Part shown: positions 59,356 through 64,000 of the stretch, piece after piece | Layout: the number at the start of each line of letters is the position of its first letter | Position numbering within the stretch: the stretch's first letter is position 1 | Assembly: GCA_964016885.1 (NCBI GenBank) | Contig: OZ024745.1 | Location: 27,342,001-27,406,000 of the forward strand | Direction: 5' to 3' | Source: Eledone cirrhosa | Taxonomy: Eukaryota | DNA: 64,000 nucleotides | Program-made: the position numbers and the translations under genes | The notes under the pieces: generated by a model | The model's input: only the letters and a program-made list of their open reading frames with translations | Told to the model about the DNA's origin: nothing | Database searches by the model: none

Positions 59356-59798
59356 CTGCAACAATAGAGAAAATGTAAATGCAGTTAATGTGTTTATGCA
59401 CACACATACACACACAAACAAACACACACACATATACATAAATTGAGATTACAGCGTAGATTTCTTAAACCATTTAATAGCTTTACAAATGTTTCATTAC
59501 ATGTTTAAATCTATCGTTTCTATTGAACTCTGTCCTCATCTACCGTGACCTGGTCTTCTCATGTTCCTTTTATTTCTATGTTTGTAGCATTGTGCGCGCA
59601 CGTTTGCTAAAATACATCATCAACACAACAACAACAATAACGCTTTTAAATACTCAATATTTTTCTTCTTTATCTAAATTGAAATAAGTATTAGTTGAAT
59701 AAAATGTATTGAAACATTTGTAAAGTTCTTAGATGGTTTAAGAAATCCACTTTATCTCATTTTTTAAAAAATATATGCTCTCCGTTATTATATGTCCC

Positions 59799-59837
<39 letters not shown>

Positions 59838-60427
59838 AACAACAGTCATGGGCGGCGTGTGCCGTTTGAAGCACTCAATACTGTTACGAGATCCGTTTCG
59901 TTTGGGTTGTATTCCAATGTGCAGAGTGTAAATAGATTTAAAAGAGTCGCAGTCAGTGTTGCAGTATATGTACAGCCTTTATTTGCATATTATAATTGTT
60001 TCGATATCGATTAGCTCAGGGTACAATCAAGGTGACGGGGCCCGACTCTTTCGACATCTCATCCGATATGCGAGCTTATATATGCGAAGACACAGAGTAT
60101 GTTGATCAGCCTATGAAGTCTTCAGCCGACTCTCATATATACTTGCCCCACAACAAATTGTAGAATTGTGAAGATAATTAGCCGGATGTCTTGCACTTAT
60201 AGAACTGTAAATGTCTACTTAAGTTGTACGACTTTAAATGCCATTCCTCCTAACTCTGTAATCACAGTCGCCATGTTGAGGAAAAGAATCAGCAAGCGTT
60301 AATGTTTTCTTCAGGCAATAATCAAATCGTTTTTCAAACGACACAAAGAATTCTTCTGTATCCATCTATAAAACTACATTGATGCCTGTCTATCTATATA
60401 TCTGTCTATCTGTCTGTCTGTCTATCT

Positions 60428-60495
<68 letters not shown>

Positions 60496-61834
60496 ATCTA
60501 TCTATCTATCTATCTATCTGTCTGTCTGTCATTTCTTTTCTTTCGACATTTCCTTCCCCCCCCCCCCCTCACCTACACCGCCCCCTCACCTACACCACAC
60601 CTATAAAATGAAATTGTCACATTTTGCAATCAGTTACGCTATCCCCCCCCATCTCTCCTTTCTTCACACAAACACAAAGAAATGTCTTCTTTCTCGTCAC
60701 ACTCACATCCCACGCTTTCTCTCTTTATCTATCTCTCTCTCTCTCTCTCTAATTCAATCTCGCGCTTTCTTCCTTTCCTTCTCTCCGTCTCTCCTTCCTC
60801 TCTATCCTTCCTTCACCCCTCCTCTCTCTCCCCTTTTTCTTCTCACACATAATCACCCCCTCTCTCTCCCTCACACACTCTCTGTCTCTCTCCTCCTTCT
60901 CTCTCTACCTCATCTCTTCCCGCTTATAATCACTTCTCTCCCTCCTTCTACTCCCTCACTCGTCCTTCTCTCTCTCTCTGTCTCTCTTCCTACACATTAT
61001 CACTGCCTCTCCTCTGTCTCTGTCCCTCTCTCTCTCTCCCTCTCTCTCTCTACATCCCTCCTCTCTCCCCCTTCTCTCTCTGCCTCCCCTGTCCTCCCTC
61101 CCTTCTCTCTTACCATACATAACCACTTCTCCCTGTCTCTCCCTCCCTAGCTCTCTCCTCTCACTCTCTGCCTCTCTTCCCACACATCATCACTCCCTCC
61201 TCTTTCCTCTACACCCCTTCTCTCTGCCCCATTCCCCCACCCCTCTCTCTTCCCACTCATAATCACTTCTCTTAACAATTACCTCTATATTAATTACTTT
61301 TGCACATATGTCTAGCGGCTATTATATGGATTGGCAGTATCGGTAGAGGGTCGGACGCCATGCTTTGACGCATAGAGTTACGGCCCTTGCCATTCTGAGT
61401 TCAAATCCCGCCGAGGTTGACTTTGCCTTTCATCCTTACGGGGTCGATAAAATAAAGTACCAGTAATGCACTGGTTAATTGCTGGCCTTGTGCCAAAAAG
61501 TAGAAACAATTATATGGATTGGCAGTATGGGTAGAGAGTCGGACACCATGCTTTGTAGCATATAGTTACGTCCCTTTATGATCTGAGTTCAAATCCCGCC
61601 GAGGTTAACTTTGCCTTTCCTCCTTACGGGGTCGATAAAATAAAGTACCAGTAATGCACTGAGTAATTGCTGGCCTTGTGCCAAAAAGTAGAAACAATTA
61701 TATTTCTATTAAACCATTTTTTAAATTAAATTAATTAATAAATAAAATATTAATAGGACAAATACAACTGTTAAAATAAAATATAGGCACGAATATAGTT
61801 TATTTACATAAATCCTAATTAGTATATTTAATTT

Positions 61835-62280
61835 TTATATTATATTTAATTTTAATTTTATATTATATTTAATTTTATATTATTTAATTTTATATATTTA
61901 ATTTTATATTATTTAATTTTATATATTTAATTTTCTATTATTTAATTTTCTATATTTAATTTTCTATATTTAATTTTCTATATTTAATTTTCTATTATTT
62001 AATTTTCTATATTTAATTTTCTATATTTAATTTTCTATATTTAATTTTATATTATTTAATTTTATATATTTAATTTTATATATTTAATTTTATATTATTT
62101 AATTTTATATTATTTAATTTTATATATTTAATTTTATATTATTTAATTTTATATTATTTAATTTTATATATTTAATTTTATATATTTAATTTTATATTAT
62201 TTAATTTTATATTATTTAATTTTATATTATATTTAATTTTATATCATTTAATTTTATATTATATTTAATTTTATATTATA
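61835..62280. repeat. AT-only minisatellite (TATATTTAATTTT-like units)
   Basis: Directly visible. Confidence 0.9.
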
Positions 62281-62469
62281 TTTTTTTTTTTTATAATTTA
62301 GGATAGCAACTTTTTACCGAAGAGCAAAGTTAATTAAATCAGCCCAGTACTTTATTTTATTGACCCTGGAATGATGAAAGACAAAATTAACGTCACCGGG
62401 ATTTGAACTCAGAACGTAAAGAGTCTGAAAAAAACAAACAAATACTGCAATGGTATTTTATCCGACAGT

Positions 62470-62870
62470 CAGCGACATGACCATTTTCCTGTTCCGCCGT
62501 GGTAAATCCCTCATCTGGGATGCCACATGCAGCGACACCTTCTCCAGCGGCAACATGGTGCAGTCTGTGACTAACCCTGGCTCTGCTGCACTTCGGGCCG
62601 AGGAGAGTAAACTCTCTAAATATCGGTCACTCTGCGACAGGTTTGCGGTCGAACCCGTAGCAGTGTAAACTTATGGTGTTCTTAGCCCTAAAAGCCCTAA
62701 AGCCATATTCCTACTCACCACCATCGGCACAGGTTTGGCTACCCACAGGTGTGAGCCTTGCGAGCTGGAATGGCTCTTACAACGCGTCTCCCTCACCATT
62801 TTCCGGGGAAACACCATCTCTATTCTGTTCAACGGGGCCGCGGGCTCCAACGCATGGGTCTCCATCTGCT
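62470..62870 (+). mobile_element. RLE-type (CRE/NeSL-like) retrotransposon C-terminal fragment
   Basis: RGKSLIWDATCSDT, K..KY..L, EPVAV.T.G and WLLQRVSL.I.RGN motifs. Confidence 0.8.
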
Positions 62871-63489
62871 CATGAGAGTGAGAGATAGGGAGGGCAGGAG
62901 AGACGGAGGCAGTGACAGTGGGAGTTTGGGTCCTTTGTGTTCCAACTTGGTGTATATGTATTTATTTACCGCACCACATGATACATACAGACACACATTA
63001 TCTTTTCCTTACGGTGGCTTGGCAGTATCGGCAGAGAGTCGGAAACCACGCTTTGCAACACTGAGTTATGGCCCATTACGTTCTGAGTTCGAATTCCACC
63101 GAGGTTAACTTTGCCTTTCATCCTTACGGGGTCGATAAAATAAAGTTCCAGTAATGACTGGGATAATTTCTGGCCTTGTGCCAAAAGTAGAAACAATTAT
63201 CTTTTCCTTACCTCGTTGGTATACTATAAATTAGTTAACAATAGCGGAACACAGAATAAAGGCGTATATAAACCCTAGTACAGTATGTTTATGTATATAT
63301 ATACATCAATACATCATATATGCATTTAATCTTGCAGTGAGTATTCTGAGTTGTGTTCATGTCATAGCTGAGTGGTGAATGTATGACACTCACTGTCGTT
63401 ACAATTCGTCAAATCTCGTTTACTTACGCCCAGATGTCTGGAAGACATTATCATCTTATAAATTTTCGAAACAAACTCTTCTTGGTTTT

Positions 63490-63855
63490 AATGGTCATGA
63501 ATCTTGGGTAACGACCGAAAGAAAACGATCGAGAATACAAGTTGACGAAATGGGGTGCCTTCGAAAGGTCTTTGGTGTAACATAACTCGATAGTGTGCGT
63601 AGCTCGGAGGTCAGTGAGTCAATCAAGGTAGAGCCGCTACTTCTTCGAATGCAAAGATAACAGTTCCGATACTACGGACATGTGGTTAGACTGTTTCAGG
63701 AAAGAATCGCTGGACATATTTTACTGACAAAACCAACCGGCAGGAGACCTAGAGGTAGATCACGAGCAAAATGTTTGGATAACATCCACTAGATCGGCTG
63801 GTCTAGTTTGAGGGTCCAGTCAGATTATTTGGAGACGGTTGCTTCGGATAAGACC
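63490..63855 (+). mobile_element. RTE LINE 3' fragment ending in (ATGT)n
   Basis: GHESWVTTER.RSRIQ..EMG.LR.V.GVT and GRRPRGR motifs. Confidence 0.8.
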
Positions 63856-64000
63856 ATGTATGTATGTATGTATGTATGTATGTATGTATGTATGTATGTA
63901 TGTATGTATGTATGTATGTATGTATGAATGCATGTATGTATGTATGTATGTATGTATGTTGAGTCACTCTTGAGTGCTACTGGTAACATGTAACCCAGTA

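Noticed and set aside
60608-61260. 180-aa Leu/Ser/Pro-rich ORF
   Set aside because: Low-complexity CT-rich tract.
63200-63280. Minus-strand GTAAGG donor as an upstream transporter exon
   Set aside because: The motif is part of the ~16-bp TSD (ATTATCTTTTCCTTAC) of the SINE at 63013-63200, and no frame resembles TM3-4.

Overview
AT-rich, microsatellite-dense animal genomic DNA. The SINE/LINE repertoire and long (TA)n/(CA)n tracts suggest an octopus or other cephalopod (inference). Nearly all ORFs in the supplied track are microsatellite or transposon artefacts. The main gene lies on the minus strand. I reconstructed 12 GT-AG exons (59355 to 26698, 926 nt, frame-consistent to a TAA stop) encoding the C-terminal ~308 aa of an SLC18 vesicular amine-transporter family protein; its 5' exons were not found and probably lie beyond the window. 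It carries Gln in place of the TM11 Asp, plus GYPxGG, PDS and PHFG motifs, which points to the orphan portabella (prt) type rather than canonical VMAT/VAChT. A convergent plus-strand gene probably encodes an ~82-aa microprotein (22394-22642) with a p33MONOX/KIAA1191-like C-terminus. Among the repeats are six copies of a short element carrying a minimal type-I hammerhead ribozyme with covarying stems; one intact copy is in sense orientation inside an intron of the transporter. Other notable structures are recurrent (TA)n-centred local inverted duplications, a 5'-inverted (twin-primed) RTE insertion, a (CATA)n-embedded R4/Dong-like element, hAT, mariner and Helitron remnants, an asymmetric palindromic TA-targeted element, and a double perfect CRE site.
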